Assembly (NCBI RefSeq): GCF_018977255.1
Contig: NW_024704743.1
Span: 10,976,001-11,040,000, forward strand
DNA from: Callorhinchus milii
Lineage: Eukaryota
Reading direction: 5' to 3'
DNA length: 64,000 nucleotides
This document shows, piece by piece, positions 12,054 through 24,353 of the stretch. Position 1 is the stretch's first letter; each line of letters opens with the position of its first letter. The translations under genes were made by a program, and so were the position numbers. Below the pieces are notes generated by a model. It worked only from the letters and a program-made list of their open reading frames with translations. It ran no database searches and was not told where the DNA came from.

Positions 12054-12503
12054 CAACAACAACAACAACAACAACAAAATTTGATTTATAGAGCGCCTTT
12101 CACGTCAGGAGGACATCCCAAGGCGCTGGACAGTTGGGTCAGGACCCGAGCAGGGGGGAAATGGTCAGGGTGAGGGGAGGGAAAGGAGGGAGCGAGGAGG
12201 GGGTAGAGAGTCGAGAGGGGAGCTGAAGGCACAGTCGAAGAGAAAGGTCTTGAGACCGGCCTTTAAGGAGGAAAGGGAGGAGGCAAGGCGAAGGCACTGG
12301 GGGATCGATTTCGAGAGCCTAGGAGCTGAGAGGCTGAAGGTCCGGCCACCGATGGTAGGGCGGTTGGGGCGGGGGATGTGGAGAAGACCGGAGCCAGAGG
12401 AACGGAGGGTACGGGTAAATAAGTAGGGGGATATTAGGTCGGAGAGGTAGCAGGGAGCAAGGCCGTGAATGGCCTTGTAGGTGAGGATGAGGATCTTGAA
12501 TTC
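12054..12503 (-). mobile_element. Young L2 3' fragment nested in the older L2
   Basis: The host reads through across it (GTCAGGACACCAGT | AGTCCTGGAGTTGAGG; compare the uninterrupted copy at 37776-37805). It is near-identical to 34090-34525. Confidence 0.85.
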
Positions 12504-15026
12504 ATAGTCCTGGAGTTGAGGGTGGAGGCAGAGAGATACAGTTGGGTTTCATCCAAGTACATGTGGAAATTTACCCCATATCTGCGGATGATGTCACCAA
12601 GGGGGAGCATGTAGGGGGTGAAGAGGGGATCGAGGACAGAGACCTGAGGAACACTGCACGAGACGGTGCGGTGCCTGGAGGAGAAGCCATTTGCCCCGAC
12701 GAAGTGGAGGCAGTGTGAAAGGTAGGACATGAACCAGTCAAGGACAGAAGGTTGAGGTGGGAGGAGAGGCGGTGGAGGAGGATTGAGTGGTCCACAGTAT
12801 CAAAGGCAGCGAGAGGTCGAGGAGGACAAGGAGGCAGAGGGAGCCCTGGTCACACCTTGTCAGAATATCATTTGTGACCTTGACCAGAGCAGTTTCTGTG
12901 CTGTGGGCAGCACGGAAACCCGATTGGAGAGGTTCATGAGGGAGTGGGAGGAGAGGAAAGAGCGAAGCTGGGAGGCAACAGCTCTCTCAAGGACATTAGA
13001 CAGAAAAGGGAGGTGGGAGATGTGCCGGTAGCTGGATAGCTCTGATAGGTCATGGGAAGGTTTCTTCAAGGTGGGGGGTGTTAGTGGCTGTTTTGAGGTG
13101 GAAGGAACGGTGCCAGATGACAGGGAGAGGTTGATAATGTCGGCAAGTAGTGCGGCAAGGAGGTGGAGCTGGCATTTAAGGAGAGGGGTGGGGATGGGGT
13201 CCAGGGAGCAGGTGGTGGGCTTCATGGAGGATATGGTGGTGATGATAGAGGAGGGGGTGATAAGTTCAAAGGTGTGGAAGGAGGGATGTGTAGTGGTCGG
13301 AGTGTGGGGGGTGGGGGTAGAGAGGGGGTGGAAGTTGGGGGGGCAGTGGCAGCTGAGCCAAATCCCTCGATTTTGGACTCGAGAAAGTCCAGTTTTCCTC
13401 GCAGTAGGAGTCGGAGGAAAGAATCTGTGAGGCGTGGCGGGGTGGGCGGAGGAGTCGTTTAGTGGTGGAGAACAGGAGCCTGGGGTTGCCCTTCGCACCC
13501 AGGATTAACCTGGAATAGAAAGACGATTTGGCCGAGGCAAGAGCGGAGCGGTAGGTCTTGCTGTGGTCCAGCCAGATGTGGCGGTGGACCGTTAGGCCAG
13601 ATTTGAGCCAAGTGGGTTCGGCAGCCCACACCTGGCCCTTGAGCGAGCGGAGATGGCTGGTGAACCAGGGTGAGGATTGGGAATAAGAGGCAGTTCGGGA
13701 GGTGAAGGGGACAAGGGCATCGAGTGTGGTGGAGAGGGTGCTGTGAAGGAGAGTAAACGCAGAGGATGGGTTGGTGCGGGAGGTGGGCCAGAGGGTGAGG
13801 AGTTCAGAGGACTCCAGGGCAGTGGAGAGGGATTGCGGAGAGATCTTCTTCCACGGGCGGTAGAAGATGGTGGTAGGTATGGAGGCAGTGGGGAGAGGAA
13901 TATAGGAGTTGAGGGAGATTAAATGGTGGTCAGAAATGGCCCTGTCGGTGATTGTGACATCTGAAACGCTGAGACCCCGGGTGATCACCAGGTCGAGTGG
14001 GTGGCCATGAACGTGGGTAGCAGAGTGGATGTGGAGGGAGAGGTTGAAAGAGGAGAGGAGTGAGAAGAAGTCTGAGGAGGTGGAGTGAGAGGGGATGAAG
14101 CGGAGGTTGAAATCGCCTAGGATGATGAGGCTGTCGGAGCAGTGGCAGAGGGAGGCAGGTGGAGATGTCAGAGATGAAAGTGGGGGTGGATGTTGGGGGG
14201 GCAGTAAATTAAGAGAATGTTTAGAGAGAGATGGGATGGATGGCAGAGGGTAAGGTGTTCAAAAGAAGGGAATGAGCCATCAGAGTAGCGGGATAGGGCA
14301 AGTGACGCCCTGGAGATGAAGGCCACACCACCGCCACAGCGGGTGGGGCGTGGGGCATGGTGGTAGGTATAGCCGGGTGGTGTGGCCTCAGTGAGTGGGA
14401 AGATGGCACCTGGGACGATCAAAGTTTCCGTGAGGGCCATAATATCAACGTTCTCATCGAGGATGAGATCATTGCCAGCCAGAGTCTTATTGCAGATGGA
14501 GCGGACGTTTTGAAGGCCAATGCGGAGTAGACAGTAGGCAGGGGGTGGTGTTGGATGGGAGGTGGTTAATGGGTTGGTTGGCAGGGAGTGTGGGGATGAG
14601 GATGAGGGAGGAGAGGTTAGCCCCCAGGGTCTGGGTCCGAGGTGGCTTGCGGTGGTAGTGGGGAACCGGGCAGTTGGTGTGGCTGCTGCTGGACAGCCAG
14701 CGCTGAGTACCGTGATGAGCCTAGCAGAGGAATCCCAGGCTGGAGCAGAGGGAGGTGGTGGGGGTGTGTTCAAGCAGAGATAGGAGGTGGGAGGGCAGAG
14801 AGTGAGCAGGACAGAGCGGGAGAGTTGCAGTGAGGGCGGAGAGAGAACAGGACAGAGCTCGGGTCGGGGGTGGCAGCCAGATGCACACACTAAGATGCGA
14901 GGCGGTGGATTAGTGGGACATTGTCCGCCTGCAGGAGACTGTGGGGGCTAAAGGTGGTGCAGAGGGGAGAGGGTGCTCATTGTGGTTAGCAATGAGCAGC
15001 CCGCAGGGGAAGGACAGGGCAGATAG

Positions 15027-15062
15027 AGGGAGGGAGGGAGGGAGGGAGGGAGGGAGGGAGGG

Positions 15063-15147
<85 letters not shown>
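15027..15147. repeat. Compound microsatellite (GGGA)n(GACA)n in the L2 5' region
   Basis: Directly visible. Confidence 0.98.
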
Positions 15148-15190
15148 CTGGTATAGACTATACTGTACCTGTTACCAGGGATTCAAACCT

Positions 15191-15250
15191 GGTGGGCGGA
15201 AGTGACGTCACGCAGAATGGCAGGAAAATCTGAAAGTCCAAAATGGCAGC
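15191..15250 (+). promoter_or_regulatory. Putative promoter-like motif cluster (overlapping ETS-CRE; YY1-like)
   Basis: GCGGAAGTGACGTCA at 15196-15210 and CAAAATGGCAGC at 15239-15250. Confidence 0.3.
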
Positions 15251-16165
15251 TTCCCCTGACCAGGTAATAGCCACCACTCGATCCCTGAGACCCCGGCCCC
15301 ACCTCAGTATCCACGAGACCTGGCCCAGCCTACAGCTACTGGCCAGCCCCTGCTCTGGCTACCGCAGGTCCCCATCTCCAGGAAACCAGCCCTATGACTC
15401 CCTGCCACCGCCTGACTTATCTTCCATCGTCGGTCACTGTGCTGGATGGAGTCCATCATAATGGAGTAATTACTTATCAGAATACAAGGATTAATATTCT
15501 TACAATTAGAAGTTGAGATGTCCTTCAATTGAGTTTGACTTTCGCTGTGTATGGTTTCTTCTGGACCTATTAATACAATTATTCTTCTGTAACTCCCGAC
15601 CTAGTCTGTTATTGTACAAAGCGATGAATGAGCAATGTAAAGAGCTTTGATTTCATCAGTATAATGACTGAGCACCATTCCCCCCAAAACTATTTGTTCC
15701 AATTTTAATGCCTGAGAAGGAGAAAAGATCTAACATGATGGTCAAGGAAGTATCTGGATGTATTGTAAAAGCCACAGGGATTCAAGGACATGTGGCATCA
15801 AGGTCTCACCACAAAAAGTGATAGTAATATCTTCAGATTGCTTTTGGTTTCTTGAAATGGGTTGCCTAGATGTCTGGAATGTGTTAATGGATTTTGCTGT
15901 TATAATTGCTATAGGTGAGTCTTGTAGCTTCAAGGCAAAGCTGCTGTACCATGTGTGCTCCAGTCCTAATTACCGACTAACAATTGTACCTTAACCATTA
16001 CCCGGGATTAAAAACCTGTTCCACTCAGAGCGTGTGTATGTTGGCTGTCTCTTAAGCAACCAGGCAACATGTGGTCCACTTTGATGATTTTATGTGAACA
16101 ACAAAAAGTCTGTAGAGAAATTCTTGAATGGGGGCTAGATGGGAGATTTAACAACAACAATTTAC

Positions 16166-16300
16166 AAAAGGCACATTACTGCAGATGCTGAAAATCTGAA
16201 ATAAATACAGAAGTAGCTAGGAACAAGCAGCAGGTCAGGCAGCATCTATGGCGAGAGGACAATGAGTTGACATCTCAGGTCAATAACCTTTTGTCAGAAC
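16166..16300 (-). mobile_element. Penelope-like terminal fragment with a degenerate hammerhead
   Basis: Reverse-complement homologue of 24354-24490. The core is mutated (CTGACAA, GAGA). Confidence 0.65.
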
Positions 16301-16630
16301 CCCTTCTTGTGTTTGATGTGTTTAACAAAACATCTCTTTTAACAACAGTTTACATTTACATAGGGCCTTTCATGTTGGGGACAGGAGAACATCTCAAAGG
16401 GCTTCACACAGCTGACCAAGAACCAGATTAGGGGAAGCGGGGATCTGAGGAGGAAAAAGTCAACGCAGATCAATACTTTAGGATGCAACAAGACAGTAGA
16501 ACAAGAGGACATGCATTTAGAATTATAAAGGGCAATTTCAGGACAGTTACCAAGAAGTTTTTCTTTTCACGACTGGAACATGCTGAACCCACAACTGTCT
16601 GACTCAGAGGTCTAATTGCTACCAAGTGTT

Positions 16631-17830
16631 ATAATAATAATAATAATCCTTGCATTTGATATAGCACCTTATCATGTCGTTGAGACGTCTCAAAGCACTT
16701 CACAAAATATATTATAAAGTGGATTGACCATGTATTTTGTTGATGAAATGCAGCAGCCAGTTGTGCACAGTGGTGTCCCACAAACAGTTATGGATTGAGT
16801 GACCTGCGATGGTTCTCAACCCTTGATGTACGTGCAAATTTTATTAATGCTTTTGTACTAAGTGGCTACTCTTTTAACCCTGTCGGTGTGAGTCCCTATT
16901 TCAAAAGTGACTCAACAAGTCAGAGTCACACACAGACAGGTATTCCCAGTTAACCCCAATACCTGGTAATTGTAATGGCTAATCAGAGTCTGATTGCACT
17001 GGTAGACCTCTCATGTTGACAACTACCCTCCAAAGTGCTTACTCCTTTTCTTGTCTAGAATACTACAGAGACTTGAGGATACATGCGGTAGAAACATTAG
17101 CACTTTATTAAAACCTAGCAAATTGAGGCTCCCTTGTATATAAGGAACACAACAATGGAAGATATTCAACAATGGGAGCAAACATAACTATCACACATGA
17201 CTATAACAACTGACAGCACAATAATACATTAGTAAAAAAAGAGAAACCTGACTATATTGTAGTCCTGAACACGTCAGTACGTACCAGATGGTGACCATTA
17301 GTTAGCGTCCATGAGCAGTGCTGAGCATTGCCTTATAAAGGCTTGTGGCTCTGCCCACCATATGCTGTGAATGCGAGCGTTTATCCTGCGCTTGCGCTCA
17401 CATGTTATTTTACTCTGCAGGCCGCTTGTTAACTGACTGTCCATCAAGCAGCCCTGGATCTATACTTTGCTGTAAACGTGTACTGGCTGCTGCTAACTCT
17501 GTGCTGCAAGCAGCTTCTGCAACTTGGAATCTTACAGAACCCATTTAAAGGGGCGGGCTTCCCCATTTCCCTTAAATAGTATTCTACAGTTATATATACA
17601 TATTATTTACACATTACAAAAGACTGCAAGAATAGAGTAACCAGGTCAGACCCAATTATTTTTTGAGGGATTAACTGCCAATTGACTTAACAACCGGGTT
17701 CTTACTTACTGCAAGGGAAACAGGCGTGTGGAGTCAGGAAACTTGCCTAAGGTTTCCCCCTGACCAGGAATCGAACATGGGTCCTCTCGCTTGTGAGGCA
17801 AACGCTCTAACCAATTCTCTGCAGGACTCC
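16631..17830 (-). mobile_element. CORE-like SINE split by an 844-bp insertion
   Basis: Tail half ends ...GGATTGAGTGACC (16804). Head half resumes GACCCAATTATT (17649) and runs to GGACTCC. Confidence 0.85.
16805..17648. mobile_element. Solo-LTR-like insertion (TG...CA, 4-bp TSD GACC), possibly composite
   Basis: GACC|TGCGATGGTTCTC ... GAGTAACCAGGTCA|GACC. Imperfect terminal inverted repeat, with TATA-like and AATAAA signals inside. Confidence 0.7.
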
Positions 17831-18181
17831 AGTTATCACTGATAATTATCACATCACACACTGAATTTTCTACCTATTGTTTGTTCTCTAATTGAGATTC
17901 AGCCCTGGAGAAAACTAAACATAAATCCCTGTGACACTAGAAGAAATATCAAGTGAGACGCCTTATATGTGGTTAAGTGGTTATTAGTCGTGAAGGGCCA
18001 ACATCAATATACAGTTTTCCAATAACTCCCGAACATTTTAACAATTGATGTTCCCTTTTTTTAAAATGACATGATACATTTAAAAATATTACTATTTGTG
18101 GCTAAAATGTTCCTACTCTTTAAACAAGTTGACATTGAATCTAACTTCCGATTCTTCCAAGTCCCAATTTGGTTCCGTTGT

Positions 18182-18700
18182 GTGTCAGCCTGGCTCAGTG
18201 GTAGCACTCTCTTCTCTGAGGCAGAAGGTTGTGGGTTCAAGCACCACATCGGGACTTGGAATCACAGAGTCTAAGCTGACACTCCAATGCTTCACCGGGA
18301 TAGTGTTACATTGTTAAAGGTGCTGCCCTTCGGATGAGATGTTGAAAACTGAGGTCCCAGCTGCCTGTTCAGGTGGATGTTAAAGTTCCGATGGGAGTTT
18401 CTGCCGGGGTCCCGGTCAACAATTCCCCAAATGAAATTGGTCACTCACTTCATGGCCCACAAAATATACAGTCAATTCACTTTACAGTATATTCTGTGAA
18501 GCGCCTTGAGACGTCTCAAAGACGTGATAATGCTCCACATCAAATGCAAGGATTATTATTATTTGTGGGACACTACTGTGCGCAAATGACTGCCCCGTTT
18601 CACTCCACTTTACAGTATATCCTGTGAAGCGCTTTGAGACATAGTAACAATGTGATGAGGTGCTATATCAAATGCAAGGATTATTATTATTATTATTTGT
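18182..18700 (+). mobile_element. Deu-domain tRNA SINE with a nested SINE tail fragment
   Basis: GTGTCAGCCTGGCTCAGTGGTAGCACTCT..GGGTTCAAG (A/B boxes), Deu core, and two successive tails. Confidence 0.8.
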
Positions 18701-20399
18701 TTCTGCATTTTGGAGCAAAAAGCACAAAGGGACCAGGATTTAATTACTTGGAATCTACAAGGAAAGGGATTCAACCTTGTGGGGGAAAGGGAACTCATTC
18801 TATCAGCCTCTCGATAGGAGGTACAATAATTGTTTAATTCATCAACAAGCAATCAAGAAGCAGTCTATGCCAACTGGAATTGTTATGTTCAATTATCCAG
18901 ACATCAGAATAAATACCACTCTTTACTTTGAAATTCAGACTGTATACTCTCAATGATCAGACCCATGGCTCACATCACACTAGGAGAATGGCTGAATGTG
19001 AGCATTAATCTTGTTAAATAATCTCGCTAAATAAAATTGGTCACCCACTTTATAGCTGTTTGTGGGACACTGCTGTGTGTAAATTGGCCTCCGCATTTGC
19101 TCAGAAATACAGTTACTGTAAAANTGTAAAATCATGTGTAGCACTTTGAGATGTCTCGATAAAGTAATAAAGCACTATATCAAATGCAAGGATTGATTTT
19201 TATTATTGTTATATTTGCATTTTACTGCAACAAGAACTATACCAGACACTTTAGAGAAAGAGCAATATTTAAAAAAGTAAAGTAAGTGAAGCAAGAATCA
19301 ATTACCAAAGTTGTAAATTCTGCAATTCGTTCATCTACAACAGCAGCACATAATAACAATAATAATAATCTTTGTATTTGGTATCATTTCATCACTAAAA
19401 ACCATGAAGAAGTTGCCTCTACAAAGTAATTTAAAGTGTAATAACATAATAATAAATAATCATCCTTGCATTTAGTATAGAGTCTTTAACATTGGGAGGA
19501 CATTTCAAAGTGCTTCACAGGATTTACTGTGAAATTGAGGGATTGTGTATTTGGAGGCAAAGAAAAGAAATTTGAGAAAGCCTGAGTTAGGCCTAATTCC
19601 AGGACTCTTGTGGCAAAGGCAAATTTAATATGGCAAAGAGCAAGTCAGAAAAAGATTCTTACACAGAGGGTGGTTTGAATTTGGAATTTTCTTGTGTGGA
19701 TAATGTTGAGCCAGACTCCTACAAAGAGAATTTAGTTGGCTGCTTTCAAAGGGTATGGGGAGCAAGCAGGAGTGGGATTGGTTTAAGTGGCTCACATAGA
19801 GAAAAACACCAGTGGAGACATTTGTTGGCTGAATAGCCTTTCTCTGTGCTGCAATAGTCTATGATTATAAGATGTTGCAATTTAGTAATTGCTTTTTCCC
19901 ACATTTTATCATTGCTGTTTTAAACCCTGTGTGACAGAGCGTGACGGAGTCTGTTTGTGGAATTATTATTGCTTATATTTTGTGTAGTTTTAATGAAGAA
20001 ATTCAAGTAATTTACCAAATGTACACAGAAGCTAACGCTGGAGCACTGATCTGAATCATGAGAGACAATTATTTACATGGTCAGTGAATGATGAAATGAT
20101 CAATGAGGATGTTCAAAATGTATTTATTTGTAGCAGTACTATAATGTATTCTGCTGTATTTGCCCACAACCAATTTTACTGATTTATAACACGAGCACGA
20201 GAGGGCAAGAGAAGAGAATCTTGCCCTAGGTGGGATGTATGTCACAAGCATTATCCCACTCACATTGTTCTCCTGACCACAATTAAACCCAAACTGACTC
20301 ATAACAAAAGGTTTCTGAAGAAACAAAATCGATTCAACAAAATTGAATCGAAGGGACTCTGGGATGGAGGGAATTCTTGCATTTGATATTCTTTTTGGT

Positions 20400-20650
20400 T
20401 AGCTGGGTGTCTGACACTTGCGGAAACCCATCACTATGTTTAGGAGTATCCAAACCAAGCTGAGATTTCCATGCATGGAAATCCCAGAGATAGATTGTTG
20501 AATGGAATGCACTCTCTCTCCCTGGAGGGACACATCCTGCTTACCTAATTCTGTAAAGTATTAGGCACAGATTGACACCAGCCAAGGCTTGGGGACACCA
20601 GAGTGTTTGTTGGGATAACTGTTGGAGTCTGTCCAGCTAAAATTAGTGTA
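20400..20650 (-). repeat. Unclassified dispersed repeat, partial copy
   Basis: Homologous to 26060-26530, 31592-32050, 47630-47780 and 59160-59585 (GGGTGTCTGA..CGGAAACCCATCAC, AGCCAAGGCTTGGGGAC). Confidence 0.75.
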
Positions 20651-21149
20651 TGAGTAGCAATGATGTAAAAGCAGAGTTGTGTGTCAGCCTGGCTCAGTTA
20701 GTGGAACTCTTGCCTCTGAGTCAGATGGTTGTGAGTTCAAGCTCCATGTTGGGACTTTGAACTCCTACAGTCCAGGTTCATAGTCTAGACAAAGCGATTT
20801 TGTAGTGTTATGAGCAAGATGCTGCAGAGATAACCCACACCCACACATTTCAATTATTTCCCTCAATTTGATAGGTAAAAGAAGAAAGAACTTGCATTTT
20901 TATAACACCTTAGAATGTAAAATAATGCATCAAGCTCCTTCAGGAGAGGGGAACTTTGATAAAAAATGCATAACGGATAAGCCAAACGAAAAAGTAACTA
21001 TTAGTTACACATTATAGAAAGCAAATATGGTGTGCGATGTGTCAGATGGAGTCATTACTTGTGTGTCTGGCTGGCTCATTTGGTAGCATTCTCAACTCTG
21101 AGTGAAAGGTTGTGGGTTCAAGACCCATGACAGGACTTTCAACTCATAT

Positions 21150-21492
21150 AATAATAATAATAATAATAGTAATAATAATAATAATAATCCTTGCATTTGA
21201 TATAGTGCTTTTTACGTCTTCTCGACGTCTCAAAGCGCTTCACAACATATGCTGTAAAGTGAATTGACTATATATTTGTGGGCGAAATGCGGCAGCCAAT
21301 TGCGCACAGCAGTGTCCCACAAACAGTCATGGATTGAAAATGACCGATTTATTATTGTTTTGTTTTGGAGGGATTATTATTAGGCTCTATGTGGAGTAAG
21401 GAAACTTGCCCAAGGTTTCGCCCTGCCTGGAATTGAATCCAGGTGTCTTGCTTGCAAGGCAAATTTTCTAACCACTGAGCTGCAGGACTCCA
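21150..21492 (-). mobile_element. Young CORE-like SINE (short variant) with a long (ATT)n tail
   Basis: Complete reverse-complement copy that abuts an older copy. Confidence 0.9.
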
Positions 21493-21800
21493 CGACATCT
21501 CTTCGAGATATCTCAAAGCGCTTCACAGAATATACTGTAAAATGAATTGAGTATATGTTGTGGCCAAAATGCAGAAACTAATTGTCCCACAAACTAATGT
21601 GGATTGAATGACCAATTCATTTTTTTTGTGTGAAGGAATTATTACCCCCAGAAAAGTGATCTGCCGATCAACTAACAACCAGGTTCCTACTTACTGCTAG
21701 GTAAACAGAGGCATGTGGAGTAAGGAAACTTGCCCAGTGTTTCACCCTGCCGGGAATCAAACCCACTTGTGGGTCTCTAACCATTAAGCTACAGGACTCT
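21493..21800 (-). mobile_element. CORE-like SINE, long variant
   Basis: Head and core present; tail replaced by the preceding copy. Confidence 0.85.
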
Positions 21801-22071
21801 ACAATCTATTCCGTGATGTGCTTGAGACGCTCTCCTGAGATAAATGGTGCTATATGAAATGTAACTGAATGGTTACGATACTCGTTTAAACAGAATCCAC
21901 TTATGTCAAAATAGAAGAATAACAAGATAATATTCAGTCTTGAAAAGAAATGTCTCAAAGGGAAGCTCTTAGTGGTAGATAGATGCTAAGAATGATTGAC
22001 AAAGTGATCGTAGAACTATACCACACTGTTTGAGAATTTGAGGTTATTTGAGCATAACTTCAGTGGTCTTC

Positions 22072-22540
22072 TAATAATAATAATAATCTTTGCATTTGAT
22101 ATAGCACCTAATCACATCTTCACGACGTCTCAAAGCGCTTCACAGAATATATTGTAAAGTGAATTGACTGTATATTTTGTGCACGAAACGTGGCAGACAG
22201 TTGCGCACAGCTAGAAAATCACTGAGATCCTTTGTCAGAGATGTTGTCTTTCAGATGAGGTGAGATGTTAAACTGAGATCTATTCTGTCTGTTCAGGTGG
22301 ACTTTGAAGATCCCATGGCACTATTCAATAAGAGAAGGGAGCTTCTCCTGGTTTCCTGGCTAACAATCCTCCAGTTAAAATCAGTCACTCATTTCATGGC
22401 TGTTTATGGAACTTTGCTGCGTGCAAATTGCCTGATGTGTTTTACTTCAAATGCACAGTCAATACATTTGACAATAATTACCTGGGAAATGGTTTAAGAT
22501 GTTTCAGTATTATAGGTGCTACATCAAATGTAAGGACTGT
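22072..22540. mobile_element. SINE tail (-, 22072-22210) followed by a Deu-domain SINE fragment (+, 22225-22540)
   Basis: Tail motif and Deu core GTCTTTCAGATGAG..GTTCAGGTGGACTTTGAAGATCCCATGGCAC. Confidence 0.7.
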
Positions 22541-23519
22541 TATTGCATTGAATAATTTAATGGGAATCAAAGCATGGTTGAAAGTACCCAAGAATTCTTC
22601 ACGTTATAGAAAACTTTCTGTGGAAAGCTGGGAATCAGAACTTCACAAAAATACCCAGCCTCAGTTTTTAAATATAATATCCATCATCCTCTTAAATATC
22701 TCCATTGGTTCTGTATCTATGCCCCTCTGGGACAATTTATTCCGCATTCTTACAACTTAAACGTTCCAAAAATACTGTTCTTATATTAGGTAGTTTTCGT
22801 TTAGGAAAAAACTTTATGGAATATAGTACATAGGTAGTTTGGGACACATGCGCATGCAACCAACAGGAAGTGGAAGGTGAACTAGATGCACCTTCGTTTT
22901 TTTTTGCCTAGTGTTTCTTATGTTCTTTGTTAATAATAATAATCCTTGCATTTGATATAGCACCTTCAAGATGTCTCAAAGCACTTCACAGAATATACTG
23001 TAAAATGCATTGACTGTATATTTTTGTGGACGAAATCCCACATGTTCTTATGTGTGTGTGTGTGTGTGTGTATGCTCAGCAGCAAGTGACCAGTAGTGGA
23101 AAGATTTATCACTCGACCAGGTGCAAATTGTGTCTTGTGATGTGTTAACTGATTGGTGTCAATTGACATTAGTGTACTGAAAATTAAGTCCTGGTCCACA
23201 AAATGTGAACATTCAATTCTATTATAATGTCCAGATAGGAAACAACAGGTTAGAGGTATACTAATCTAACTATTTAACACTAATTTACATTTATATAGCA
23301 CCAAGCTCGGTGGGAGAGGAAAAGATGTCTGAAGTTGTGGTCAAACAGATAGGTCTCATGGCTGGCTTCAAGGGTGGGCAGAGAGAAGACGAGGCAGGGG
23401 GAATCCAGCAAGGCATTGCAGAAAGCGGAAGTAGAATGGCTGAAGGCTCACCCACTGATGGTGGAGCAGGTCAGGTGAGGGGCACGAATATGAAGACAAA
23501 GATCAGAATTCAGGTTACA

Positions 23520-24235
23520 TATTTGCGCCACAACTGGCACTGCCTTCCATCACCTCCGGAATATCGCCAGACTACGGCACTACCTCACCCCTCACGCTGC
23601 TGAAACTCTGGTCCACGTCTTTATCACCTCAAGGCTGGACTATGGGAACTCTTTCCTCGTCGGCCTTCCCGGCACCTCCCTCCACAAGCTGCAGGTCATT
23701 CAGAACTCTGCAGCTCGTGTACTGTCCCGCACCAGGCTTCGCGACCACATCACTCCCACCCTCGCTCGCCTCCATTGGCTCCCCATCCCCCAGAGGATCG
23801 AATTCAAGATCCTCATCCTCACCTACAAGGCCATTCACGGCCTTGTTCCCTCCTACCTCTCCGACCTACTATCCCCCTATCTACCTGCCCGTACCCTCCG
23901 TTCCTCTGGCTCCGGTCTGCTCCACATCCTCCACCCCAACCGCCCTACCATTGGTGGCCGGGCCTTCAGCCTCTCAGCCCCTAGGCTCTGGAACTCTATC
24001 CCCCAGTGCCTTCGCTGCCTCCTCCCTTTCCTCCTTCAAGGCCGGTCTCAAGACCTTTCTCTTTGATCATGCCTTCAGCTCCTCTCTCAACTCTCTACCC
24101 CCTCCTCGCTCCCTCCCTTTCCTCCCCTCACCCTGACCATATCCCCTCTGCTCGGGTCCTGACCCAACTGTCCAGCACTTTGGGACGTCCTCCGGACGTG
24201 AAAGGCGCTCTATAAATGGAATCTTGTTATTGTTG
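23520..24235 (+). mobile_element. Young L2 3' fragment
   Basis: Near-identical to 36843-37560 in the opposite orientation; tail GGGACGTCCTCCGGACGTGAAAGGCGCTCTATAAAT. Confidence 0.9.
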
Positions 24236-24353
24236 GTGGTGGTGGTGGGGGAAGAGTCTTATACTTGTGAATCTGTCAGTTATTTTAGTTATTGACAGGC
24301 ATAATTGCCAAAAATGTAAGAAATAACACCACAAGTCCTGATTTATTTCTGAT

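Larger units (their letters stand above)
11161..15155 (-). mobile_element. L2 LINE, near full length (APE + RT), decayed
   Basis: [87 protein letters not shown] and LHWLPIPQWIEFKIL; stem-loop tail and (TTG)n. Confidence 0.95.

Noticed and set aside
14941..15156. ORFs with (DRQT)n and (SVCL)n repeats
   Set aside because: Translations of the microsatellite.
19124..19124. Single N base
   Set aside because: Assembly ambiguity inside a SINE tail; not biological.
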